In this document: positions 18,240 to 27,711 of the stretch, one piece after another
Position numbering within the stretch: position 1 is the first letter of the stretch
How the letters are laid out: the number at the start of each line of letters is the position of its first letter
Virus record (IMG/VR): IMGVR_UViG_3300022689_000130
Coordinates: 1 to 64,000 of that record
Length of the DNA: 64,000 bases
Origin: a virus
Reading direction: 5' to 3' (one strand)
Made by a program: the position numbers and the translations under genes
The notes under the pieces: generated by a model
Told to the model about the DNA's origin: nothing
What the model saw: only the letters and a program-made list of their open reading frames with translations
The model's database searches: none

Positions 18240-18243
18240 TTGG

Positions 18244-18555
18244 TTACTCCGGGTTATGTGGAATGCTCGTATTCGCTTTTGGTCTTATTTCATAATCAGT
18301 ACAGCCAGCCAATACGCTATTGTTACGAAATTTCTTATCATAACGTCCGACTCGCTTAGATCTAAGCATGACACGATCGACGTATGCTCTGGCTGCTTCT
18401 TCACTATCAAACGTAGCTACCACTTGTTCATCTGTGTTTGTTTCACCAGTATAACCACCATAGCCATATTCGGGTTCGTCAGTGATTCCAACCAGCTCAT
18501 AAATCTCTCCACTTTCACGAATGCCAGAAAGTGATTTTAGTCTACCAATATCCAC
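18244..18555 (-). CDS. Protein with RLxxLSG leader (putative internal head protein)
   Basis: Starts MDIGRLKSLSGIRE (GTG start). Confidence 0.7.
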   Translation of the reverse strand: MDIGRLKSLSGIRESGEIYELVGITDEPEYGYGGYTGETNTDEQVVATFDSEEAARAYVDRVMLRSKRVGRYDKKFRNNSVLAGCTDYEIRPKANTSIPHNPE

Positions 18556-18556
18556 C

Positions 18557-18889
18557 TTACCATCCTCTACGTAGATCTGAACGACGATCCATTTCAGTGT
18601 CGCCAGCGTCTAGATCGTCGAAATAATCAGGATCTAGGTCATCGTCCTCATCTTCATCTTCGTCACCATATAGATCATCTTCACCTGTTGGTAGCTCGTT
18701 TGCGTGGGCCATGTCACGAACATCATCTTTACTCATATATTTGAGGCAAGCATCTGCGACTGTGCGTGGATCAAGAATGCCTTCATCCATCATGGTGTGT
18801 AGTGCATTGGTTACCTGACGTACGTCTTCTTCAATCTCGACCGATTCGTTGAGTATACCTGCTAGTTGTTGTAGTCTGTTAATATCCAT
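18557..18889 (-). CDS. Acidic protein with RLxxLAG leader (putative internal head protein)
   Basis: Starts MDINRLQQLAGILNE. Confidence 0.7.
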   Translation of the reverse strand: MDINRLQQLAGILNESVEIEEDVRQVTNALHTMMDEGILDPRTVADACLKYMSKDDVRDMAHANELPTGEDDLYGDEDEDEDDDLDPDYFDDLDAGDTEMDRRSDLRRGW

Positions 18890-18904
18890 ATCTTTTCTCT
18901 CTAA

Positions 18905-19216
18905 TTACACTGATTCAACACTACCGAGCGTATCAATTGCTTCATCTGGCAAGAAAAACTCTTCTTTTTCTCCAATGAGAGTGTTATAAATCAAAATAGT
19001 CATACCACCAGCTGCTCGTACGCCAATAATATTTCCTCTATCATTTAATACAATGGTATCGGGTATTTCATTTTCTTGTGGTCCAAGAACAGGCTGGCCT
19101 CTGCGTCCTTTATTACGCTCGATCCCTGCTTCAGTGCTTGCGTCAAAACCCTCAAAAAGATTGGTTTTGTGTGTATCATTCATTCCAGAAAGTTGTCTTA
19201 ATCTATCGATATCCAT
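18905..19216 (-). CDS. Protein with RLxxLSG leader (putative internal head protein)
   Basis: Start reassigned to MDIDRLRQLSG...NLFE. Confidence 0.7.
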   Translation of the reverse strand: MDIDRLRQLSGMNDTHKTNLFEGFDASTEAGIERNKGRRGQPVLGPQENEIPDTIVLNDRGNIIGVRAAGGMTILIYNTLIGEKEEFFLPDEAIDTLGSVESV

Positions 19217-19224
19217 TAATTTCC

Positions 19225-19845
19225 CTACCAGTAAATTTCCCACTTGATAACTGATGTGTCACTGTCAGTGTTTTTCTTTGCCAGGATGCTGTAACCAAGT
19301 CCTTGAAAATGATTAACAACCTGTGACAATTCATATGATTTCTTACGATCTTCATTTACACCTAACCAAACCTGATAGTATTCAACTGATTCTGGGTTGG
19401 TTGCATCGTAGGTCTGTGCTGTTATACCAACAGTTGCATTAGCAGAATCTGCACTAACAATAAGGTTCCATCCATTCTGTGGAGTTTCGTATGTGAGGAC
19501 TAGTTGATTGCTCGCGTTTTTGCTGGCTACTAAGCCTGCTGGACCATCATCGTTTATGATTCCGATAATTTGATTTAAGTCAGAGTTTGCTGGCAATGAT
19601 ATAGTAGTGGCTGCAATTGTCAATGATTCACCCGTGACACCAACAGTTGGATTAGCTTCTGTGCCAGTAATAGTAATGACTGGTGTGCTTTCTGTCATCG
19701 TTGTACCGTTATCAACAGTAGCAGTTAGGTTTCCTAACAGCGCCTGTTCCATGATTTTACGCTGGATTGCGTCAATCTCGTTGTAAATTACAAGATCTGA
19801 TGTTGATAACTGTCGCGCCTCAGGCCCTGTTAGCTCATATGTCAT
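19225..19845 (-). CDS. Probable virion structural protein
   Basis: 206 aa, Thr/Ala-rich insert, in late gene cluster. Confidence 0.55.
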   Translation of the reverse strand: MTYELTGPEARQLSTSDLVIYNEIDAIQRKIMEQALLGNLTATVDNGTTMTESTPVITITGTEANPTVGVTGESLTIAATTISLPANSDLNQIIGIINDDGPAGLVASKNASNQLVLTYETPQNGWNLIVSADSANATVGITAQTYDATNPESVEYYQVWLGVNEDRKKSYELSQVVNHFQGLGYSILAKKNTDSDTSVIKWEIYW

Positions 19846-20180
19846 TGATCATCCCCTAGGTCTTTTGTTGCTTGGTCAGTAGCTAGATTATCGACACGGT
19901 CTTGTTCAATCTCATCTGCGTCCTGGCCTACCATTTGGTCAGCATCGCTAGTTGCAATTAAAATTTCATCTTCAGTTGCAGTACTCACAATTTCTATTGT
20001 TTGAAGTAGTTCTAGTAAGCTCTGCTTGTCAACTGCAAAACCTTGTAATTCTAAATCACGTAGCAAATTATTAGTGCCAACATTTTTGATACCTTCTGCG
20101 CTTATGGCTGTAAGCAGAGTGATTACCTCTGAACGGAGATCATCATTGTATTCACTCTCTATCAGGTCTCTTAGGCGCAT
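19842..20180 (-). CDS. Acidic protein with N-terminal tag
   Basis: Starts MRLRDLIESE. Confidence 0.7.
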   Translation of the reverse strand: MRLRDLIESEYNDDLRSEVITLLTAISAEGIKNVGTNNLLRDLELQGFAVDKQSLLELLQTIEIVSTATEDEILIATSDADQMVGQDADEIEQDRVDNLATDQATKDLGDDQ

Positions 20181-20923
20181 TAGATCTCGTCTTTTATCTC
20201 GCGGCCTGTTGGCTCATCACCGCCTATAGCAGTATCATCTCCAGCAAACTCATCATCAGCATCATCGTCGACACTGTCCATGTCACTCATGTCACTCATG
20301 TCATCCATGTCAGGCTCATTGCCCATGTCATCCATATCGCCACCTTCAAGGTCGTCACCGTCCATGTCGAAGTTGTCCATGTCTGTAGCTGGTTCATGGC
20401 CCTGCGCTGCGCTGATTGCATCATCATATTGGTCTTTTGCATTCTTGAGTGCGTCAACAAGACCTGCGAGTGCCATGTCTGCCGCGTCAGAATATGCTTC
20501 AGCTTCGTCTGCACCAAGTTCACTCTTCATTGCATCCACAATTGGTATTAGATCCTGCACTTGCATCTTTGCAGCATCTTCAATCATGCCCTGGATTTTG
20601 TCACTTAGTTCTTTGGCAGCAAGGATAACTTTTGCCTCTTCCATACTATCGTCATCGAGACCTTCAGCAACCATGTTAGTTAGCTCAGTCTGAATATTTG
20701 CCTCAAACCAAAGGTCGAGACTTTCTGCAATCATGCTAAGTTTGATACGTTTGTTGATATCTTTATTTTCTTCAACCATTTCGCGCGCTCTTGCAGCCAT
20801 AAGCTTTGCACGATCAGCAGTCATGTCGTCGAAATTAAGATTATAGTCATAATTTTCTTTAAGTGCTTGGGTTAACTTGTCAAGCTTTGTTGACCCGCGT
20901 GTAGTAAATTCGTTCAGAATCAT
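20180..20923 (-). CDS. Probable prohead core/scaffold-like protein
   Basis: Helical, very acidic DM-rich C-terminus, starts MILNE. Confidence 0.5.
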   Translation of the reverse strand: MILNEFTTRGSTKLDKLTQALKENYDYNLNFDDMTADRAKLMAARAREMVEENKDINKRIKLSMIAESLDLWFEANIQTELTNMVAEGLDDDSMEEAKVILAAKELSDKIQGMIEDAAKMQVQDLIPIVDAMKSELGADEAEAYSDAADMALAGLVDALKNAKDQYDDAISAAQGHEPATDMDNFDMDGDDLEGGDMDDMGNEPDMDDMSDMSDMDSVDDDADDEFAGDDTAIGGDEPTGREIKDEI

Positions 20924-20969
20924 GTCAGATCTCCGTATTGTCTGTCCTGTATTTATGCGAAACTTTGTT

Positions 20970-21593
20970 TTACAAAGCCTTTAGTAATTTGAGCTTTGCT
21001 GCGCCCAGCTTGGTTTTTGCATTTGAATATTTTGCTGTAATGACGTCGTATTGAACTTCGCTCTCATCTAGACGTGCTAAACGTTGTTTATGACTATATA
21101 TTTCCATCATAGCGCCAACATACTCTTGGTCTAGGTCAAGAATGCGTTTCACCTTTCGCTCGTCTTCAGTAAAAAGCATGTGCTTAACAACGCCCATGGC
21201 TGTTTCAAATAGTCCGAGGTCTTCGTGCACCATTTCCCCCGTTCGGTTATCAACAATATAGTAAAATGTCTTCTTGATTCCTTCTTGCATCGGTTTCTTT
21301 TCGGTTCGAATATCGTAGCGGCTGACGCTTACGCCATTATCCGTGCGTTGTGTGTTTATTGCAACACCTAGATCTGGGTTTTTCTTGCTTTCTGATACGA
21401 TCGTTTCTGAGAATACTCCTGTTGCCTCTTGCAACCTTGCTAGCACATCGTGCATTGCGGCTGTTTCTGAATTTGATGATTCGGAATTTTGTGTAAGAGT
21501 CGATTCTTCTCTGTCGTCTGTCATTTCATTTGTAGCAGCATTCATCTTGCCAAGAATCGCTGCCATTGCGTCAGTTTGATCTTGGTTTGTCAT
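20970..21593 (-). CDS. Hypothetical protein
   Basis: 207 aa; repeated AM..IL.(K/R) helices; GGAGG SD. Confidence 0.75.
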   Translation of the reverse strand: MTNQDQTDAMAAILGKMNAATNEMTDDREESTLTQNSESSNSETAAMHDVLARLQEATGVFSETIVSESKKNPDLGVAINTQRTDNGVSVSRYDIRTEKKPMQEGIKKTFYYIVDNRTGEMVHEDLGLFETAMGVVKHMLFTEDERKVKRILDLDQEYVGAMMEIYSHKQRLARLDESEVQYDVITAKYSNAKTKLGAAKLKLLKAL

Positions 21594-21753
21594 TGGTTTC
21601 TTCCTCCTGATAATACATTTGGTTCATTGCTGCTAATGTCTCTAATAGAGACTGTTCGGTTAAGTCCATGCAGCTTGTACAAGGTAACCCTACGATATCG
21701 CTTCCCATGAATCTGCTACCGCACTTGGGGCAAGTCTGTTCGACCGGTATCAT
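21571..21753 (-). CDS. Small zinc-ribbon-like protein
   Basis: CPKC...CTSC. Confidence 0.55.
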   Translation of the reverse strand: MIPVEQTCPKCGSRFMGSDIVGLPCTSCMDLTEQSLLETLAAMNQMYYQEEETNDKPRSN

Positions 21754-21999
21754 TTAGAATCCTTGGTTGATGTTGCGCTTGTAGTAAATTCCGCGATCAC
21801 CGTCACTGAATCTTTGTAGAATACCTCTACTAGTTAGCACTTTGGCCATCTCTGCTTGGCGTTCATCCATCTCATCCTTGTAGGCAGTCTCGTTAATTGT
21901 GTTAAGGAAATTGTATTCCTCGCTGGATACAAAAGTTGGTATACCGCCTTTTGTTACAACAGATCTCATTATGCTATTCCTGCCCGGCGCTTGAGCCAC
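21754..21999 (-). CDS. Hypothetical protein
   Basis: ORF in operon; true start probably MRSVVTK at 21969. Confidence 0.7.
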   Translation of the reverse strand: MAQAPGRNSIMRSVVTKGGIPTFVSSEEYNFLNTINETAYKDEMDERQAEMAKVLTSRGILQRFSDGDRGIYYKRNINQGF

Positions 22000-23762
22000 T
22001 CTTGCATTTGGATGACTTTTTGTTCCGGATTTTCGTAACGATGTTCGAAATACATGTCCAAATCAACGCCATATTCTTTAGCTAGCTCTTTTGCTTGAGA
22101 TAGGATTTCCCATTCGTCTTCATGGCTCATACCAGCCATAGCTGCTTGGTAGCGGTCGGCCATGTCGCGGATAATTGATTCAGCACCACTTTTGTCTAGC
22201 TTTTCTTCATACATGTCCTTGAATCCAGCGGCACCCAAAGCATAGTCTACATCTTCACGGTTGGTGGCGCGCATGTCAGGCTCACGTAGTATGTCCTCAA
22301 TATCACTCATGTCCACACTGTCTGGATAGCTCTGGCGGATGCGGTTTGCAAGGCGCTCAAGTGATGCTAGGTGTTCATCGTCTGCTATCTGTAGCAATGC
22401 ACGAATGACTTCTTTTGAGTTCCACTGCTCACCTGATCCTTCGTTTATTGATTCATCTTTGTAACCCAAATCGTCATGCAAGTGATCATATTCGTCATCG
22501 CCATAATGGCGACGTAGATCATTCTCTTCTTCGTCACTGTCAGCATAGTCGTTGAGATCAAGTTCATGTGGTTCAAAGTCCATTGCGAAATCATGATTGT
22601 AAAGGCGAACAGTTACACTATTAGGACGTGCTGACATAACTATACCGGTTTCGCCTTCCCATTCGCCGCTCGTAACAATGACGTCATCATTATGATCAAA
22701 GGAACCCTTCTTTGCTTCATGGACCGGATCCATGCCATGTTCCTTAGCAATGTCAATTGTGGTTTTGATAAGTTCATCCATGGTGCGGTAAACGTTGTCT
22801 TTGTTTTGACGGAGAGCTCTGTCGGCTTCGGCAAGGACACTTTCAACATCATTCAAATCAACGTCCCACAAGTCAACAATTCGATCATAAACGAAAACAA
22901 CCGCTGATGTCATGAACCCGTCATACACATAGCTGAATCCATATTCTGTGTTTTTCCAGTTGTCAAACAGTGGTCCCCAGCCAGCCTTTTCCATTGCTTG
23001 CTTAAAGACTTGGTAAGGCTTCTTTTTCTTGTGCATTGAATAATCAAGTGGGCCCTCTTTAAGAGGATAGCCAGCTAGTTCAGCAATACGATTAATTTCT
23101 GCAATTGATTCGTCTTTATACATTAGTTTTGCGTTTGCTGCGTCAGCTTCATCATCATAAACGTCATCATATGAATCAATCTCAGACTGTGCATGAGCAT
23201 ATCCATCATTCCACTCTTCATGTTCTTCAGTACCCTCAGGGTATGGATTTAAATCATCAAATCCATTACCAGTATAAGCACGGTGACCTTCCCAGTAAGG
23301 CCCTTCCATTCCATCTGATTCTTCAACGGGTTGATCATCTTGCATCACTGCATCTGGATCGTCTTCACTGTCAACGTTCTGTGTGCTTACGCCGTTTTGC
23401 ACACCGCCACTGTAATTGCTGCTCTGTGCTGTCTTTGATTGGCTCGACTGATCTCTTGCTGGTGCTTTTTTGGTTTTATTAGGGGCAGGGCGGGTTGCGG
23501 CGGCGCTGGTTGGTTTACGTGGCGAACTGTTACCCATGCTATATTCTAATTGTGGCAGCGGACCAAGTATTGCACTTACCTCGGCGCGATCGCCTGCTGT
23601 ATATGCATCGTTAAGAGCCAGAATATCGCTTAAACTCAAACGATCAACAATCTCATCAAGCTGAGGTTCATCAAGCTCTTCATGAAACATCGTATTTACC
23701 ATGTTTTGAATTGCGTCATGTAACGTGCTGTTTGTTTTGTCTATTGATTCAAAAAGTTTCAT
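21969..23762 (-). CDS. Modular acidic polyprotein-like protein with RMF-like and KOW modules
   Basis: MKLFE start; modules separated by hydrophobic-x-E sites; internal RIAELAG and C-terminal WLKRRAGI. Confidence 0.6.
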   Translation of the reverse strand: MKLFESIDKTNSTLHDAIQNMVNTMFHEELDEPQLDEIVDRLSLSDILALNDAYTAGDRAEVSAILGPLPQLEYSMGNSSPRKPTSAAATRPAPNKTKKAPARDQSSQSKTAQSSNYSGGVQNGVSTQNVDSEDDPDAVMQDDQPVEESDGMEGPYWEGHRAYTGNGFDDLNPYPEGTEEHEEWNDGYAHAQSEIDSYDDVYDDEADAANAKLMYKDESIAEINRIAELAGYPLKEGPLDYSMHKKKKPYQVFKQAMEKAGWGPLFDNWKNTEYGFSYVYDGFMTSAVVFVYDRIVDLWDVDLNDVESVLAEADRALRQNKDNVYRTMDELIKTTIDIAKEHGMDPVHEAKKGSFDHNDDVIVTSGEWEGETGIVMSARPNSVTVRLYNHDFAMDFEPHELDLNDYADSDEEENDLRRHYGDDEYDHLHDDLGYKDESINEGSGEQWNSKEVIRALLQIADDEHLASLERLANRIRQSYPDSVDMSDIEDILREPDMRATNREDVDYALGAAGFKDMYEEKLDKSGAESIIRDMADRYQAAMAGMSHEDEWEILSQAKELAKEYGVDLDMYFEHRYENPEQKVIQMQEWLKRRAGIA

Positions 23763-24043
23763 TTGTTGAGTGCCTTTACCATTTTGCTCGCCGGATTTGT
23801 ACGTTTGGTCCTTTGGGCTTTTCGCGCCATACGGCTGCCTTTCTGAGCCTTTGTTCTACGCAAAGTAAAGCGTTTTTTCATATCTACCGGTTTACTGCAT
23901 TGACTCGGATCACTTACTACGCGGCCTTTTCTTTTGCCGAATGTGCAACGATATTTTCGAGCGATTTTTCCACCCTTACGTGCCCAAACCATTTTGGTCT
24001 CAACCAAGCTGTCGCCCTCATTTAAGATTTCATACATCTTCAT
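23759..24043 (-). CDS. Highly basic protein with N-terminal tag
   Basis: Start reassigned to MKMYEILNEG; K/R-rich; RC..GKRKGRVVS...C. Confidence 0.75.
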   Translation of the reverse strand: MKMYEILNEGDSLVETKMVWARKGGKIARKYRCTFGKRKGRVVSDPSQCSKPVDMKKRFTLRRTKAQKGSRMARKAQRTKRTNPASKMVKALNK

Positions 24044-24132
24044 CGCAAATCCTTCTGAATATTTATGCGCGTTACACACAAAGTAAGCTCTATCATTCCA
24101 ACACAACAAATCTCCAATGTTGTAGTCGACAA

Positions 24133-24429
24133 TCAGATAACAGCGATAAGAAGAACCACAATGGTACTGAGCAGCCCACCAACGATAGTTGCAGCGGCGC
24201 CAACGAAAAGATTATGCGTTCCTTTTGTATTGAGAGCATTTTCTTCGCGAATTGTCTGCATATTTTCGGCATGTTCTTTGCGAAACTCTTCCAGATTAAC
24301 AATAACAGCATCAATGCGCCCATCAATTATATCAACCTTTTCAGATATTATCTCGTAACGCTGACGATTCATCTCAACGTGAACTTCAAGGTTAGTTTTT
24401 TCCAGTTCGCTTGAAATAAGTTTCGTCAT
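24133..24429 (-). CDS. Coiled-coil protein with one C-terminal TM helix
   Basis: LEVHVE...RY coiled coil then VGAAATIVGGLLSTIVVLLI. Confidence 0.7.
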   Translation of the reverse strand: MTKLISSELEKTNLEVHVEMNRQRYEIISEKVDIIDGRIDAVIVNLEEFRKEHAENMQTIREENALNTKGTHNLFVGAAATIVGGLLSTIVVLLIAVI

Positions 24430-24483
24430 CTCTCTTCCTTCTTACCATATTTATTGTGTATATGTCCAGAAATATATAAGCAG

Positions 24484-24894
24484 TTATTTAAAAAAATAGA
24501 GATTTACATTATCTTTAGTGTCAAACACATTTATAGGAAATTCCACCGTGTTTTTAAGATCGCTTGTGATAGCCACGTTGTTTGATTCTTCAATCAATAA
24601 TCCAAACTCATTCTTACCATCATTCCACACATTTTCTCTTTCAATCCAAAACTTCAGTGACCAAACTGTTTGAGGCTCACTACCGTAAAATGTCCCAAAG
24701 TGTAAGTTTGTGAGAGGAACATTATGATGAATTACCACAGTAGGATCCATAACCTGTGTGCGTAGGCCAATCGTCTGTAGCAATACGTTAAGGTTTTGCT
24801 GCTGATGATATTCGATAGTATTATTAAGGTTGCTTTGTCTGACATTTGTATTGGTAATATCAACCAATGTCATTGCTGTGATTTGTTGCGTCAT
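24484..24894 (-). CDS. Hypothetical protein
   Basis: TLVDITNT, QQQNLN.LLQTIGLR.Q. Confidence 0.75.
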   Translation of the reverse strand: MTQQITAMTLVDITNTNVRQSNLNNTIEYHQQQNLNVLLQTIGLRTQVMDPTVVIHHNVPLTNLHFGTFYGSEPQTVWSLKFWIERENVWNDGKNEFGLLIEESNNVAITSDLKNTVEFPINVFDTKDNVNLYFFK

Positions 24895-25607
24895 TTAGTA
24901 AGTGCATCGCCTATTCGACTGCCCAAAGCATAACCTCCCATTGTTGCTGCTGTTGCGACGGCTGCTGCGCCTGCAATTTTAGCAGCACGAGACTCGGGAT
25001 TTGATGCATTGCTGTCAATGAGATCATGATTTCTAGCTAGAGAATTAACATACTGATACATTTCACTACGTCGAGCATGTGTCCGATAAAAGAATATCAT
25101 TCGTGTAAGCACAATGCGTTTTTGTCCTGTTGATAAATTTGGCCAGCCTTGTGCTAATCGTCGAATACTGCGATAGTTTGAGTTTTGTATATGCAATGCA
25201 AATTCTAAACGCTGTAATGTTTGCCGTGCCATGCCTTGACTGAGGTTGTTTTGGTGTGCCATACGAAGATAACGCAAAATTTGTTGCTCATTGGGTTGAA
25301 TTCGATCTAGCAGGGTTACATCAGCATCAGTCCCTAATAAGTCAGTTCGATTTTGCGTAATTACATGTAAATTGAGATAAAGATCAGTGCTCATCTGGCG
25401 GAAGTTATTGAAGCTATTGAAGGTTGCTGTTCTTCCAGCATATTCACGACTGGCCGGCGCGCTTTCAAACTCATTATATAAAATCCATATAGCAATCATG
25501 TCCATGAATGCCATGTCAGCCACTTCACGTGCGGTTATGCGCTTGAACGCTTGCTTGCTGCGATACATGCGACTTTCTGTCAAATCATTTACAAGTTTCA
25601 AGTCCAT
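24891..25607 (-). CDS. Hypothetical protein with N-terminal LTE site
   Basis: MDLKLVNDLTESRMYR; GGAG SD. Confidence 0.75.
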   Translation of the reverse strand: MDLKLVNDLTESRMYRSKQAFKRITAREVADMAFMDMIAIWILYNEFESAPASREYAGRTATFNSFNNFRQMSTDLYLNLHVITQNRTDLLGTDADVTLLDRIQPNEQQILRYLRMAHQNNLSQGMARQTLQRLEFALHIQNSNYRSIRRLAQGWPNLSTGQKRIVLTRMIFFYRTHARRSEMYQYVNSLARNHDLIDSNASNPESRAAKIAGAAAVATAATMGGYALGSRIGDALTK

Positions 25608-25619
25608 ATTATTATCTCC

Positions 25620-26723
25620 TTAGCTCGGTTTCCAGCGGTGGCGCGGAACCAACTTTACTTTGTGCTTGAGGCTCACGTATCCTTCGCCCCCTGCTTGCCC
25701 ATTTGTTGATGCTTTGATATCTGTCGTGGCAGCTTCCATCTGATCAATGATGTTGTTCTTGGTTTTTGCTACTGCACGAACTAAATCAAATAGTGCCGGA
25801 AACGCTCGAGGATTCTCTTCATTGATTGCTGCTAACTTTGCTTGCTTATTGGCACTAACTTTACTAGTTGGTAACCAATCAAAGAAAGCCTTGGTTGATA
25901 CCTCGTTCGATTTGCCTGCACGAGTCATTTGGTTATTGAACGTGTAGATAATATTAGGTATGTCGCTTAGCCCTGGCTTTTTTTCAATCAGCTGATCTAA
26001 CATGGGACCGTTTTTGCGAATCTCTGCTTCGAGTTTATTAAGAATGCTCGAGTCAATGTGTGGTTTTTTCGGTGCATATGTTTGTCCAAGTGCTAGCACT
26101 TGGTTACTGTTGAGTTGCTTGACTGTGTCTTGTCCGATCACCGCTTTGTTTGGACTGTTCCAAGCATCAAACTTGAGGTGCAGAGCAATGCCTACTTGTG
26201 TTTGTGCAACACGCTTACCGAGCTCGCTCGCAGGGTCGACAGTGTATGTAACTTGGTTACTCTTGAACTGGATGCCAGCGTCTGATTGTTGCTTGGGTGC
26301 TAGCAATGGTGAGTAAATCAAGTCACCAGTCACATAGCCTGAAAAGTTTGGCGGAACGCTGGCTTCTAGCATAGGGAAGATCTGGACAAAGTCCTGACCC
26401 ATTACTTGACGCCAATCCTCGCCCTTGCCTGCTGTTGTGATGTATTCAAACGCTGCGTCTGGGCTGGTGAGCGGATTGTTCTTTGCCCAGTTGCCCTTAG
26501 TTCCCATCCCAAATACGCCGTTCTCATCACGTCCGTAAAACAGTGCAACCTTGCCATCCCATTTGATGCTGAGATCATGCTGGTCATCGTCTGTAAGGTC
26601 ACGTAGAATGTCTAGCGCCTCTTGTGCACCTTCGCTACCATAGAAAAATACCAGGTCCTCAATGTGATTGAGGTCCCTGCCCATCTTTTTGCGTTCAGCT
26701 TCTATCAGGTGACGTAGTCTCAT
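25620..26723 (-). CDS. KxDG ligase-like nucleotidyltransferase (DUF6267-like)
   Basis: HIEDL, SIKWDG, GDL, EGYV, KLVPR match ligase/capping-superfamily motifs; starts MRLRHLIEAE. Confidence 0.65.
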   Translation of the reverse strand: MRLRHLIEAERKKMGRDLNHIEDLVFFYGSEGAQEALDILRDLTDDDQHDLSIKWDGKVALFYGRDENGVFGMGTKGNWAKNNPLTSPDAAFEYITTAGKGEDWRQVMGQDFVQIFPMLEASVPPNFSGYVTGDLIYSPLLAPKQQSDAGIQFKSNQVTYTVDPASELGKRVAQTQVGIALHLKFDAWNSPNKAVIGQDTVKQLNSNQVLALGQTYAPKKPHIDSSILNKLEAEIRKNGPMLDQLIEKKPGLSDIPNIIYTFNNQMTRAGKSNEVSTKAFFDWLPTSKVSANKQAKLAAINEENPRAFPALFDLVRAVAKTKNNIIDQMEAATTDIKASTNGQAGGEGYVSLKHKVKLVPRHRWKPS

Positions 26724-27628
26724 AGATATTTCTGAATCTCTTCTGGCATACCCAAGTCTTGGATAGTCTTGTCTGCTGCAATTGCTCGTGCAAATGGTTC
26801 TACCAACTCGGGGTGATTCTTTTCGATCGCTGCTAGGATTGTCTCAAAGCTATTGAGGTCTTTTGATGTTCCTAGTCGCAACACCTTTGCAATCTCGTCA
26901 CCGCGCTTCCATGGCCCACCAATCACTTCGTTTTCCCAAGCCTTAGTGTAGCCCTTGCCGTCCTTGCGTGGCTTGAGTCTGCGCACAACGCGCACCAAGC
27001 CTTTTGAACTGCTGAACATGTAACGCTCTACTTCAACTGGTCGGCCATCTGGGGTTCGTTTACTTCCCTCTTTTCGATCCACGAACTGACTTAGTGCACC
27101 AATTGCAATGTTGCGGTGTGCACCCTTATACTGGCTTTCTTTTTCGCTTGGTGCGTGATAGAATGTCTTGAGCCACTCAGGATCTTCATCCATCATGTAG
27201 TCAACCTGCACATAGCCTGTGCGCTTTTTGTTGGTTTCGAGTTCTGGGTTGTAGCCTTGAATTTCGACACGGCTCATTAGCACAAGTGGACCTTTTACAG
27301 TGTGGTCCACGATCGATGACTTTTCAACTTGTGCTTTAAACTCTTTGAATTTCTCAGGAGAAATATTGATTGCGACGTCGATATCACCGCTGAATTCTTT
27401 CTTGCCAACGCTACCTAAAACGTTGTTTTGCAAATCAATACCAATGTCGCGCTCAAGGCGCTGTAGCGTTGGCTTGATTTCACTTTTGTGAATAGCGCCA
27501 ACGCCTTCCATATGTCCGCCCTCGCGCAACTTGATTGGCGCGAGCTCGATACCTTTGATTCTACCTTTTCTGGGGCCTCGTCTCCGGCGACGCTTGTGAC
27601 CTCCACTTAGAATATCTTCAACTTTCAT
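26720..27628 (-). CDS. Pol-beta superfamily nucleotidyltransferase
   Basis: LGSVGKKEFSGDIDVAI (GS...DxD) and third Asp in VQVDYM; Arg-rich leader ending LRE-GG. Confidence 0.75.
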   Translation of the reverse strand: MKVEDILSGGHKRRRRRGPRKGRIKGIELAPIKLREGGHMEGVGAIHKSEIKPTLQRLERDIGIDLQNNVLGSVGKKEFSGDIDVAINISPEKFKEFKAQVEKSSIVDHTVKGPLVLMSRVEIQGYNPELETNKKRTGYVQVDYMMDEDPEWLKTFYHAPSEKESQYKGAHRNIAIGALSQFVDRKEGSKRTPDGRPVEVERYMFSSSKGLVRVVRRLKPRKDGKGYTKAWENEVIGGPWKRGDEIAKVLRLGTSKDLNSFETILAAIEKNHPELVEPFARAIAADKTIQDLGMPEEIQKYL

Positions 27629-27711
27629 AATAAAAACCCATGCTCGTATTTATGAATAACAAGCATGGTTCAACATCTCAGCCAAATTGCGGATAGAATG
27701 AGAAAACGTAA

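Noticed and set aside
20270-20400. Short GACATG-type repeats
   Set aside because: Low-complexity Asp/Met coding in an acidic protein tail, not an independent DNA repeat element
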